Below are positions 46,596 to 55,141 of a stretch of DNA of 64,000 nt, piece by piece. This DNA comes from Spirochaetia bacterium (GTDB taxonomy: Bacteria > Spirochaetota > Spirochaetia > SZUA-6 > Fen-1364). The stretch spans positions 257 to 64,256 of the forward strand of contig JBEKUJ010000020.1 in NCBI GenBank assembly GCA_049515135.1, given 5' to 3'. A program made the position numbers and the translations under genes. The first letter of the stretch is position 1. Each line of letters begins with the position of its first letter. The notes beneath the pieces are model-generated. The model was given only the letters and a program-made list of their open reading frames with translations, searched no databases and was not told the origin of the DNA.

Positions 46596-48617
46596 ATGAG
46601 CGAAACAACCGGACCCGATGATGCACGGCTCAAACGCGCTTTTCTGGAGGAAGGGGAAGAGCTGGTCCAGAGGCTCAGCGAATCGCTCTCCGCCCTGGAG
46701 TCATCCCCTGAACGTCACGACCTTGTCAACGAAATCTTCCGTCTGACGCATTCCCTGAAATCGGAATCTGCTCTCATGGGCTATGCATCCCTGTCGAGGC
46801 TGACCCATGCGATGGAAGACGTCCTCGGGATGGTTCGAAGCGGTGATCTTTCCCTGAGCAGCGAGGTTCTGGAAAGGCTCGTGGCTGGTGCGGACCGGTC
46901 CGCCGTGATGATGAACGAGATCTCGCAGATTGGGAGGGAAAGCGAAGGGGACGCCTCGGACATTGTGACGGACCTTGCCAACCTGACCGCAGCGGGCCGC
47001 GCTCCGCGCGACGCGCGCCCAAACGGCGCAGCCCCGCAGTCCCAGCCGAGCTCTGAAAGCCAGGAGCCTCTTTTCGACCAGAAGGAGCTGGGCGGCATCG
47101 CCGAAGCCAGGGACAGGGGAGAGTCTTTTGTGCGCCTGACCGTCACGGTCGCGCCGGACGAGCCCATGAAGTTCGCCCGGGCCTATCTCGTCTTCAGCAA
47201 TCTCGAGCAGGTGGTCAACGTCATCAAAGTCGTGCCCGCGATGGACGGAGATCCCGCGGATGATTCCCGCTACCTCAGCACAGTCTTTTACCTCACGGCG
47301 CCCCCGGGTGACGACACTCTGCGGACCGCTGCCGCGGTGGACCAGATTGCCTCGGTGACCATCGAGCCGGTGGACTTCCCGAGGGCAATCCCGACAATTG
47401 CAGCGCAGCCGGCAGCCGCGGAGCCGGCGACGAGGACCGCGGGTGGGGAGAAGACCTCCATACGCGTCGACACGAGGAAGCTGGACGAGCTGTGGAGCTT
47501 CGTTGCCGAGCTGGTCCTTCACAAGGCTCACATATCCCGTCTGTCGGACGGCGTGGCAAGGGGAATGGACGCCGACTCCATCCGGGAGGAGCTTGCGGAG
47601 TCATCAGACTCCCTTGAAAAGCTCTCCAGCGGCATGCAGCAGGCCATGCGGGACACGCGCATGATTCCGATCTCCATCATCTTCAGCAAGTTCCCCCGGC
47701 TGGTGCGTGACCTTTCTCGAAAGCTGGGCAAACCGGCTGACCTGACCCTTTCCGGGGAGGAAACGGAGATCGACAGGAGCATCATCGAAGCGCTCTCAGA
47801 CCCCCTGACGCACATCATTCGAAACTCGCTGGACCATGGGCTTGAGTTTCCGGAGGAGCGCGTGCGGCTGGGAAAACCGGAGAAGGGAAGAATCAGCGTG
47901 AGCGCGCGCCGCCAGGGCGGGACCATTGTCATCGAGCTGGCGGACGACGGCAGAGGCCTGGACACCGAAGGCATCCGCCGCAAGGCCATCAGCCTCGGGA
48001 TCCCTGATGCTGCGTCCCTGGGGGAGATCGAGCTGCGCGAGCTTGTTTTCCTGCCCGGGTTCAGCACGAAGGATGTCGTGACAGACCTGTCGGGCCGCGG
48101 GGTAGGCATGGACGTGGTCGCAACGCGCATACGCAGCGATCTTCGGGGGGATGTCGAGCTTGCAAGCGAACCTGGCAAGGGAACCCGCGTCATCCTGCGG
48201 CTTCCCCTGACGCTCACCATCGTGAACTCGCTCCTCGTTGCGGACGAGTCTCAGCTGTACGCGATTCCGCTGACCGATCTGGACAGCACCGCGAAGGTGG
48301 CCTCCGCGGAGATTTCCCTCGAGGAAGGAGGCGAAGTGGCCCCGTGGATGGGGGAGTTGATCCCCGTGCACAGCCTCGCTGGCCTGCTGGGGCGGGACCG
48401 CAGGCCCCGGGAGGAGTATTTCGCCGTTGTGCTGCGTCACGGCGCAAGCCAGGGCTTCCTCATCGTGGACGGGCTCATCGAGGAGCGGGAAATAGTCATC
48501 AAACCGGTGGACGACCTTGTGAATCCCCTCAGGCTCTTTTCAGGCGTGTCACTCCTGGACGACGGCCGGCTGGTTTTCATACTTGACACGTCATTCATCA
48601 GACGAGACAATTTCTGA
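46596..48617 (+). CDS. cheA: chemotaxis histidine kinase CheA
   Basis: P1 HPt FRLTHSLKSESALMGY, P3 dimerisation IRVDTRKLDEL, HATPase LTHIIRNSLDHGLE, DDGRGLD, GRGVGMDVV, and a C-terminal CheW-like P5. Confidence 0.95.
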   Translation: MSETTGPDDARLKRAFLEEGEELVQRLSESLSALESSPERHDLVNEIFRLTHSLKSESALMGYASLSRLTHAMEDVLGMVRSGDLSLSSEVLERLVAGADRSAVMMNEISQIGRESEGDASDIVTDLANLTAAGRAPRDARPNGAAPQSQPSSESQEPLFDQKELGGIAEARDRGESFVRLTVTVAPDEPMKFARAYLVFSNLEQVVNVIKVVPAMDGDPADDSRYLSTVFYLTAPPGDDTLRTAAAVDQIASVTIEPVDFPRAIPTIAAQPAAAEPATRTAGGEKTSIRVDTRKLDELWSFVAELVLHKAHISRLSDGVARGMDADSIREELAESSDSLEKLSSGMQQAMRDTRMIPISIIFSKFPRLVRDLSRKLGKPADLTLSGEETEIDRSIIEALSDPLTHIIRNSLDHGLEFPEERVRLGKPEKGRISVSARRQGGTIVIELADDGRGLDTEGIRRKAISLGIPDAASLGEIELRELVFLPGFSTKDVVTDLSGRGVGMDVVATRIRSDLRGDVELASEPGKGTRVILRLPLTLTIVNSLLVADESQLYAIPLTDLDSTAKVASAEISLEEGGEVAPWMGELIPVHSLAGLLGRDRRPREEYFAVVLRHGASQGFLIVDGLIEEREIVIKPVDDLVNPLRLFSGVSLLDDGRLVFILDTSFIRRDNF

Positions 48618-48628
48618 GGGAGGGGACC

Positions 48629-48994
48629 ATGGGAGCAACGATACTCATCGCTGACGACCTCAGCTTCATGAGAATGATCCAGAGGGAGATTCTCACCGAG
48701 CGGGGGTATTCGATCGTGGGCGAGGCGACGGATGGGATCGACGCGGTGAACAAGTATCAGAGCCTGAACCCGGACCTCGTGCTCCTGGACATAACGATGC
48801 CGAACATGAACGGCCTGGAGGCCATGCGCAGGATCTTCTCCATCAACCCGAAGGCCAGGGTGATCATGTGCTCCGCCCTGGGCCAGCAGAGCCTGATCGT
48901 GGAAGCCATACGGGCAGGGGTGAAGGACTTCATCGTCAAGCCCTTCAAGCCGGAGCGCATTCTCTCCGCTATTGACAAGGCGCTGAAAGGATAA
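48629..48994 (+). CDS. cheY: chemotaxis response regulator CheY
   Basis: 121-aa stand-alone receiver. ILIADD, LVLLDITMPNMNG (phospho-Asp), MCSALG, DFIVKPF. Confidence 0.92.
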   Translation: MGATILIADDLSFMRMIQREILTERGYSIVGEATDGIDAVNKYQSLNPDLVLLDITMPNMNGLEAMRRIFSINPKARVIMCSALGQQSLIVEAIRAGVKDFIVKPFKPERILSAIDKALKG

Positions 48995-49037
48995 AAAAAA
49001 ACGGTATGCCTGGACGTCAAGAGCATACCGTGTTTGG
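48992..49037. terminator. bidirectional rho-independent terminator between the fla/che operon and the convergent PBP-maf operon
   Basis: Stem ACGGTATGC (49001-49009) with GCATACCGT (49023-49031) and a 13-nt loop. A9 run at 48992-49000 gives a U9 tract for the minus-strand transcript. Only a weak GTTTGG follows on the plus strand. Confidence 0.8.
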
Positions 49038-49088
49038 AAATGAGGAACGTGTCCTCACCTGAGAAGATCGGCCAGCCGGGCAGAACCT

Positions 49089-50969
49089 TTAGGGGAAACC
49101 TCCCAGTTCCCCAAGCGCCCTGGCAACCATTCCCCTCTGCCATTGCGCCGACTCCATGATCCCGCGGTACAGGGAAGCGCCGTCGGAGAGGGCCTCCTGC
49201 TGAGAGACCTTTCCGTCCCCTCTGCTTCCAATGCTATGGATGAGGGACTGCATGAGAAAGCCGGCGATGCTGCGTGCGGAGACGGAGAGAATGCGCTTGT
49301 CGATGTCATCCAGCTCGGACAGGAGGGGGGCAGCTGCCTTGAGGTCCGGCAGGGCCAGGCCAAGGTCACTGTTTGCCCGAAGGGCGCGCGCTGAGAGGGA
49401 CTCCAGCTCGTCGAGCCCTCCAATCAGCTCTTCAAGCGCATGACGAAGCACAGGCCCGCCGCGGCGCTCGGAAACCTCCCGCGCCGCGGCATGACGCTCG
49501 GCTTCGATCCGCCTGTCGATTTCCCGCCTGACGGGAGGGAGGCGCATGAGGTCGGAAAACTGCGAAAGGGGCATGCCTTTGATTGCCACGCTCTGCGGGG
49601 AGAGCGTGAAGGTCGGCGCCTCAGGGTGCATTGAGAGCTGGCTTTCGAACCACCACTTGTACAGGAGCATCCGCCGGTCGGTGTATGTGACGCCGCCGGA
49701 GGCCGAGGGAACTGGAAAGAGCCCGATCTCGCGCAGGTAGCGAAATGAGCTTGACTCCAGGGGACGCGCCCGGTCGGAGAGAGAGAGCCACAGCTCTTCG
49801 GTGAAAACCCCCCTGCAGTGTGTACGCATCTCGGGATACCCCAGGTCCAGGCCCGCCGTGTAAATGGGGCTTGCCCCAAGGTGTCGCGCAAGATCCCATG
49901 CTGCCGTTGCAACCGATCCGCCTGCACCCAGCTTCCCTTTCTGCCCTACTGCCGCCTCGAGGGTTTCCCCAAGGGGAAAGAGGGAGCTGCACAGAAAAAG
50001 CGTTCCCTGTCCTGCCTGCGCCGGGCCGGAAGCGGAGGGCCTCCGAAGAAGGCGAGGATGAGTCGACGGCTCCGCCACGATGATGCGAACTGCCTCTTCC
50101 ACGGCGCCCCGACCGGGCTTGAGCCAATCCATGAACCGTGAGGCCCAGTACTGAGGGTCCACCACGACGGTGAAGTCCGGCGGGACGCCGGCGGCGACGC
50201 AGCGCTTGAGCGGCGTGCTGACGGAGACGATCACCAGCCTCTCCCTGAGCCTGCCGAGCTCGGGGAGAATTGCGTCCAGGGACGGTCCGCCGGCAATCAC
50301 CAGCGCGGGAAGGCCGCTGCAGAGGCCCTGGAGCCGTGATATCCCAGGGGCTTCGAGAAAGGAGCGCACATTGCGGGCGAGATTTCTCACCCACAGCCGC
50401 CCGAAGCGGTTGAGCGTGTTGAGGTTGATGTCGCGCCTGAGGAGCCAGGACTGCATCACCTCCTCGACCACTCGAAACCAGCCCGGATTGCTTTCCAGCG
50501 CCGGCCTCAGACGAAGAAACGCCGGTTTTCCCAGGGGCAGCGCGGGAAGAAAGGCAGAGACTTCCTCTGGCTTGGACGACACAAGAAACTGGACGCTGGG
50601 GTCGGAAAGAATGCCCGTGAGGTCCCGCGATTCCAGGGCTGCCTGAAAGACCGCCGGGTCGGGTTCCAGGACCAGGATCGGCATTCGGGGGAACTGGCGA
50701 CGAACCGACTCCACGGCGTAGCCAAGGCCGAATCCCATCACAATGACCGCCGTTGTCGTGCTGTCCACGCCGCTCGCCTGGCGTTCGGCCTCGGCACGGG
50801 GGTCGTGTCGGCTGTGGAACGTGAGGCCGCCGCGCACCAGGGTTGGCGCTCCCGACGGAGTTGCCACCAGGCGGACATCCCCTCGCTCCGTCGTCGTTTC
50901 CGCAAGAATGCGCGCGATCTGCGGAAACCGGTCCGCGAACGCCTTGCGGTTGTTTTCCCCGGCGCTCAC
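49089..50969 (-). CDS. motility accessory factor (Maf / DUF115, MptE-like) family protein
   Basis: ORF 49089..51533, but the part upstream of 50969 overlaps the PBP gene. GTG 50969 overlaps the PBP stop (GTGA). Core motif LPALVIAGGPSLDAILPELGRLRERLVIVSVSTPLKRCVAAGVPPDFTVVVDPQ matches the DUF115 nucleotide-binding fold seen in Maf flagellin-glycosylation proteins. Confidence 0.7.
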   Translation of the reverse strand: MSAGENNRKAFADRFPQIARILAETTTERGDVRLVATPSGAPTLVRGGLTFHSRHDPRAEAERQASGVDSTTTAVIVMGFGLGYAVESVRRQFPRMPILVLEPDPAVFQAALESRDLTGILSDPSVQFLVSSKPEEVSAFLPALPLGKPAFLRLRPALESNPGWFRVVEEVMQSWLLRRDINLNTLNRFGRLWVRNLARNVRSFLEAPGISRLQGLCSGLPALVIAGGPSLDAILPELGRLRERLVIVSVSTPLKRCVAAGVPPDFTVVVDPQYWASRFMDWLKPGRGAVEEAVRIIVAEPSTHPRLLRRPSASGPAQAGQGTLFLCSSLFPLGETLEAAVGQKGKLGAGGSVATAAWDLARHLGASPIYTAGLDLGYPEMRTHCRGVFTEELWLSLSDRARPLESSSFRYLREIGLFPVPSASGGVTYTDRRMLLYKWWFESQLSMHPEAPTFTLSPQSVAIKGMPLSQFSDLMRLPPVRREIDRRIEAERHAAAREVSERRGGPVLRHALEELIGGLDELESLSARALRANSDLGLALPDLKAAAPLLSELDDIDKRILSVSARSIAGFLMQSLIHSIGSRGDGKVSQQEALSDGASLYRGIMESAQWQRGMVARALGELGGFP

Positions 50970-52882
50970 TTCAGCTCCAGCGTTATCGTCATCCCGCTGC
51001 GGACGGGGACGCCGGGCTGCGGGTCCTGCTTCACGACAAATCCGCTCCCCCGGATCGACACGGAAATGTCTTTTCGCAGGAGAAGGGGAAGAAGGAGCCT
51101 CTTTGGCGTCCCGAGAAGGTCCGGCATGACGGAAAAGATCTCCACCTGGCGGGGGAGCGTCACCGCCACCTCGGACGGTGCGTTGACCGTCCTTGTCCCC
51201 TCCCGGGGTATTCCCATCATATCGACAAGGGCCACGGCAACATCGCGGAAGATCGGGGCGGCGATGGTCGACCCGTAGTAGCTCTGGCCTTTGGGATTCT
51301 GCATCATGACATAGACGATCAGCCGTGGGTCGTCGGTGGGAAAGATGCCCAGAAGGGAAGCGATGAAATCGCTGTCCGAGTATCCGCCCGTGGTGGCTAC
51401 CTGGGCCGTGCCTGTCTTCGCGGAGATGCGAATGCCTGGGATGGCGGCCCTGCGGGCAGTGCCGGCGGGCGAGGTGGCTGCTTCCATGAAGTCCAGCATC
51501 TCGCCGGCCACCTGGGGCGAGACTACCTCCCACAGTGGATCGCGGCTGTACTCCCGCACAACCTTACCTTCCGGGGAGACGATCTTCTTCACAATGAGAG
51601 GCTTCAGGAGAACGCCGCCGTTGGCAATGGCCGTGGCTGCCTGGAGCACCTGGAGCGCTGACACGGAGATCTCCTGGCCTATCGTGACCGTTGCTTTGGA
51701 GCGCGCTGACCACAGGGACGGCTTCCGCAGGAGCCCCGGCGTCTCCCCCAGGAGGGGGAGACCGGTTGGCCTTCCGAAGCCGAAGCGCGTCAGCATCCGG
51801 TAGAGGCTCTCATTGTCGGTCTGGTCGGAGGCATAGGCCGCTCCGGAATTGCTGGAGTACTCGATGATTTCCCGCGGCGTGAGGTTGCCGTTCTTCCCCA
51901 CGTCTCCGATGTGTATCACGTCCCCATTGGGGAGGCGCCTCTCGTAGAACCCGGGCGTGAAGAAATGGCTTTGCGTCGTGATGGAACCGAGCTCGAGCAT
52001 GGACGAGAGTGAAAAGACCTTGAAGGTGGAGCCCGGCTCGTACGAGACGGCAATCGGTCGGTCGATCAGGGAATTGCGGTCCACGCGGGGAGAATCTTTC
52101 TGGAACTCGTTCGGGTCGAAGTCGGGGAGGGAGGAGTATGCGAGGATCTCTCCCGATCGCGCGTCCATCACGAGGATTGTCAGGGAATCCGGCTTGTTGT
52201 CCTCAAAGGCGGTCCGGGCGATCTTCTCCACCTGGTATTCGATGTCCGCATCGATGGTGAGAAAGACCTGGCTGCCGAAAACCGTGTCGGAGTCCGTGCC
52301 CACGGGCTGGGGGGCAAGATCGTCGTTGAAGGTGTACTCGATGCCGTCCCAGGGCACGTTGTCCGCGCCGACATATCCGACAACGTGCGACGCCAGCTTT
52401 CCCTGCGGATAGAACCGTCCGAAATCATCCTCGACATGTATCCCCGCCAGCTTTCCCTGGGCCCTCAGAGCGGCGATCTGCTGTCCCTCCTCAGGGGTAA
52501 TCTTGCGTTTCACCACGTCATAGCCGTCATGGCGGCTCCAGCTCGACACTATGCCGGCCTGGTCCATATCCAGGATCCCGGCAAGGAGGGATGCGCTTTC
52601 CTGGGCATTTGTCACGCTGGGCAGCCAGGCCGAGACGCGGAGCTGGCGGATCGTGACGGCAAGGATCTTTCCCTTGCGGTCGAGGATTGCGCCCCTCTCC
52701 ACCTGGGGCATGACAAGGGTATCCGCCCCTTCACGGGCGGGAACGAGGACTGTCAGACGCACCAGCTGAACCAGGATCAGGGCGGCGGCAAGCCCGAGTA
52801 TGCCAGCGAAGATGAAGAGACGCCTGCTTGAGCGAGTCTTCTCCTGGCGATCGGTCACAGACGGGTCCCCTCCCACAAACAT
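50966..52882 (-). CDS. class B penicillin-binding protein (FtsI/PBP2-type D,D-transpeptidase)
   Basis: N-terminal TM (LFIFAGILGLAAALILVQLV), PBP dimerisation domain, and transpeptidase motifs SxxK (GSTFK), SxN (YSSNSG) and KTG (KTGTAQ). Confidence 0.92.
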   Translation of the reverse strand: MFVGGDPSVTDRQEKTRSSRRLFIFAGILGLAAALILVQLVRLTVLVPAREGADTLVMPQVERGAILDRKGKILAVTIRQLRVSAWLPSVTNAQESASLLAGILDMDQAGIVSSWSRHDGYDVVKRKITPEEGQQIAALRAQGKLAGIHVEDDFGRFYPQGKLASHVVGYVGADNVPWDGIEYTFNDDLAPQPVGTDSDTVFGSQVFLTIDADIEYQVEKIARTAFEDNKPDSLTILVMDARSGEILAYSSLPDFDPNEFQKDSPRVDRNSLIDRPIAVSYEPGSTFKVFSLSSMLELGSITTQSHFFTPGFYERRLPNGDVIHIGDVGKNGNLTPREIIEYSSNSGAAYASDQTDNESLYRMLTRFGFGRPTGLPLLGETPGLLRKPSLWSARSKATVTIGQEISVSALQVLQAATAIANGGVLLKPLIVKKIVSPEGKVVREYSRDPLWEVVSPQVAGEMLDFMEAATSPAGTARRAAIPGIRISAKTGTAQVATTGGYSDSDFIASLLGIFPTDDPRLIVYVMMQNPKGQSYYGSTIAAPIFRDVAVALVDMMGIPREGTRTVNAPSEVAVTLPRQVEIFSVMPDLLGTPKRLLLPLLLRKDISVSIRGSGFVVKQDPQPGVPVRSGMTITLELK

Positions 52883-52928
52883 TGTAATATGCGGCGAAAC
52901 AAATGTCGATATGTGGGGTAGAGCGTGT

Positions 52929-54068
52929 ATGATAGCAGTCCTCCAGCGCCAGCACGTCCAGAAACGCGCAGCAATGCCTGTCCGCTTGAAGGCTCAGCAC
53001 GGAACCCAGTTGCGCGGCTCATTCGGCGGCACGCCGCGCTGGGAGAACAGAGCGGCAATCCCTGCCCGGTTTTCCCCGGTGCGCCTGACGCCGGACAGGA
53101 CGCGCACGCTGCGGCGGGTCTCTCACGGACATTCCCGGCTTGTCCGCACAGCCTTCCTGGCAATCCTGGTCCTCGCGGCGGTGGCGCTGGCGCTCGCGCT
53201 GCTGGTTCCATGGGCCAGGATTGCGGCCCTTCCGTTCCAGCGGCCTCTTCTGCCCAGTCCACCGGAAACAGACCAGGACGTCTACCGCATGCTGGTGCCG
53301 GAGGAGGCGCCGCGGCCGGGCGCTGCGGCAAGCCCGGTTCTCTCGGACACGTTCAAGGTCACGCAGTACCGGGCGCAATCCGGCGAATCGATTTCCCAGA
53401 TCGCGCAGAAGTTCAGGCTGAACCTCGACACGATCATCAGCTGGAACGACATCAGGGACGCGCGATCCATCCGTCCCGGGGCGACTCTGGGCATACCCAA
53501 TAGCGACGGGCTGAAATACACGGTGCGCCGCGGAGATACCCTGGAACAGATTGCCCGCGTGAACGGGCTCTCCCTGAACGCGGTCCTGGATTGGAACCGC
53601 CTGCCCAGCTCCGTCATCTCCGTGGGCCAGGAGCTGTTCCTGCCGGGCATCCACATGCGGGCGAACGAGCTGAACAAGATCCTGGGCAACCTTTTCATCT
53701 ATCCCGTGCGCGGAAAGGTCAGCTCATACTTCGGCAACCGACCCGATCCTTTCACCGGGGTGCGGAGGTTTCATAACGGGGTGGATATCGTGAACGTTCC
53801 GGGGACCCCCATCATGGCGGCCATGGCCGGCACGGTGGAGGACGTCGGGTTCAACAACAACTACGGCTACTACGTCATCCTTCGACACTCGGGATACCAG
53901 ACCCTGTACGGCCATCTCAGCCGCTACACCGTGGCGCGGCAGCAGAAAGTCCAGCAGGGGGAGCAGATCGGGGAGCTCGGCACCACGGGGTACAGCACGG
54001 GTCCGCATCTCCATTTCTCCATTTTCAGAAACGGAGAAGCGGTTGACCCGTTGGCCTTCTTGAAATAA
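52929..54068 (+). CDS. LysM-LysM-M23 peptidoglycan endopeptidase (membrane anchored)
   Basis: ORF 52800..54068, whose first 83 nt overlap the divergent PBP gene. Candidate starts are ATG 52929, ATG 52974 and GTG 53079. TM AFLAILVLAAVALALALLV. Two LysM repeats (YRAQSGESISQIAQKF.., YTVRRGDTLEQIARVN..). M23 motifs HNGVD and GPHLHF. Confidence 0.85.
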   Translation: MIAVLQRQHVQKRAAMPVRLKAQHGTQLRGSFGGTPRWENRAAIPARFSPVRLTPDRTRTLRRVSHGHSRLVRTAFLAILVLAAVALALALLVPWARIAALPFQRPLLPSPPETDQDVYRMLVPEEAPRPGAAASPVLSDTFKVTQYRAQSGESISQIAQKFRLNLDTIISWNDIRDARSIRPGATLGIPNSDGLKYTVRRGDTLEQIARVNGLSLNAVLDWNRLPSSVISVGQELFLPGIHMRANELNKILGNLFIYPVRGKVSSYFGNRPDPFTGVRRFHNGVDIVNVPGTPIMAAMAGTVEDVGFNNNYGYYVILRHSGYQTLYGHLSRYTVARQQKVQQGEQIGELGTTGYSTGPHLHFSIFRNGEAVDPLAFLK

Positions 54069-54081
54069 TCTTGGCGCGATC

Positions 54082-55122
54082 ATGGCGTCACTTCGCGAAA
54101 TGATGATGAAGCTGCCTGCCTGCCGGCAGGCGATGCTGAGGCGGTCCTTCCTGAAGGCCTCAGCCTTCATGATAGTCGTGACTGCAGTTGCTCTCTCCCT
54201 GGATGCACGGCTGCCGTTCCCGCCGCCGGGGGCGCGGGTCCTCTATGATCCGACGGACTGGTCCATGCTGCTGGGGGATGCCACCGGGCGCGGCAGCGGG
54301 GGATCGGCGGCCGCACCCCCGGTTGCCGGCACGCAGAGGCCGGTCCCTGCTGACGGGGCTGTCGGCGGGTTCTCCCTGGCTCAGCCCCCGGTCTCCTTCA
54401 TGCTCTACCGCGTAAAGCAGGGCGATACGATCACCGGGATCGCGGAGAAGCTGGGCATGAATCCTGATACGATCTCGTCGCTGAACCGTTCCGAGGGCAG
54501 GGGGGTGCACAGCCTCTCCGTGGGTGAGCAGATCAGGATACCCACGCAGGACGGCATTTTCGTGCCCGTGAATGGCGATTTCGACGTCCTCTGCCGCAAG
54601 AAGGGCGTGTCGCCTGAGGAAGTCCTGGCGGCCAACGCCGTGACAAGGGAGCAGCTTACCCCCGGCATGCAGCTTTTCTTCCCCGGCGTTCAGCACACCG
54701 GCTATGAATACAGCCTGTCCCTGGGAGTGGCGGTCTCCAATCCCCTGCCCAGCGCCTGGGAGACTTCATCCTATGGATTTCGAGCAGATCCTTTCACCGG
54801 GCAGCGACGCAAGCACAATGGCGTGGACCTCGCCGCGCCATACGGCTCTGCGGTGAGATCCGCCACCGAGGGGGTTGTTCGCGCAGCGGGATGGGACGAC
54901 GTTCTTGGAAATTATGTCGAGGTCAGGGGGCAGCTCGGCTATTCCTATGTCTACGGTCACATGAGCCGCATCCTGGTGCCGCTGGGCACGAGGGTCGTGC
55001 GGGGGAGCGTCCTGGGGGCCGTCGGCGCAACCGGCTACGCCACGGGGCCGCACCTCCATTTCGAGGTGAGGAAGTACGGCGTCCCGCAGAACCCGGCGCT
55101 TTTTGTCTCCGGACTCCGATAA
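54082..55122 (+). CDS. LysM-LysM-M23 peptidoglycan endopeptidase (paralogue)
   Basis: N-terminal TM (AFMIVVTAVALSL), LysM (YRVKQGDTITGIAEKLG..; a second degenerate LysM), and M23 HNGVDLAAPYGS...GATGYATGPHLHFEV. Confidence 0.88.
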   Translation: MASLREMMMKLPACRQAMLRRSFLKASAFMIVVTAVALSLDARLPFPPPGARVLYDPTDWSMLLGDATGRGSGGSAAAPPVAGTQRPVPADGAVGGFSLAQPPVSFMLYRVKQGDTITGIAEKLGMNPDTISSLNRSEGRGVHSLSVGEQIRIPTQDGIFVPVNGDFDVLCRKKGVSPEEVLAANAVTREQLTPGMQLFFPGVQHTGYEYSLSLGVAVSNPLPSAWETSSYGFRADPFTGQRRKHNGVDLAAPYGSAVRSATEGVVRAAGWDDVLGNYVEVRGQLGYSYVYGHMSRILVPLGTRVVRGSVLGAVGATGYATGPHLHFEVRKYGVPQNPALFVSGLR

Positions 55123-55141
55123 TATCCGAGGGGTGCCCTCA

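Noticed and set aside
50970-51533. 188-aa N-terminal extension of the Maf-like ORF
   Set aside because: It overlaps the 3' third of the PBP gene in another frame, and that part of the PBP gene holds the KTG motif. GTG 50969, overlapping the PBP stop, is the parsimonious start.
52883-53078. Possible riboswitch (for example the ydaO/c-di-AMP class often found before cell-wall hydrolases) in the leader of the first M23 gene
   Set aside because: I could not find the conserved ydaO core strings (for example ACCCGAAUCCG..CAGCUAACCUCGUAAGCG-like segments). The region may simply encode a basic cytoplasmic N-terminus.
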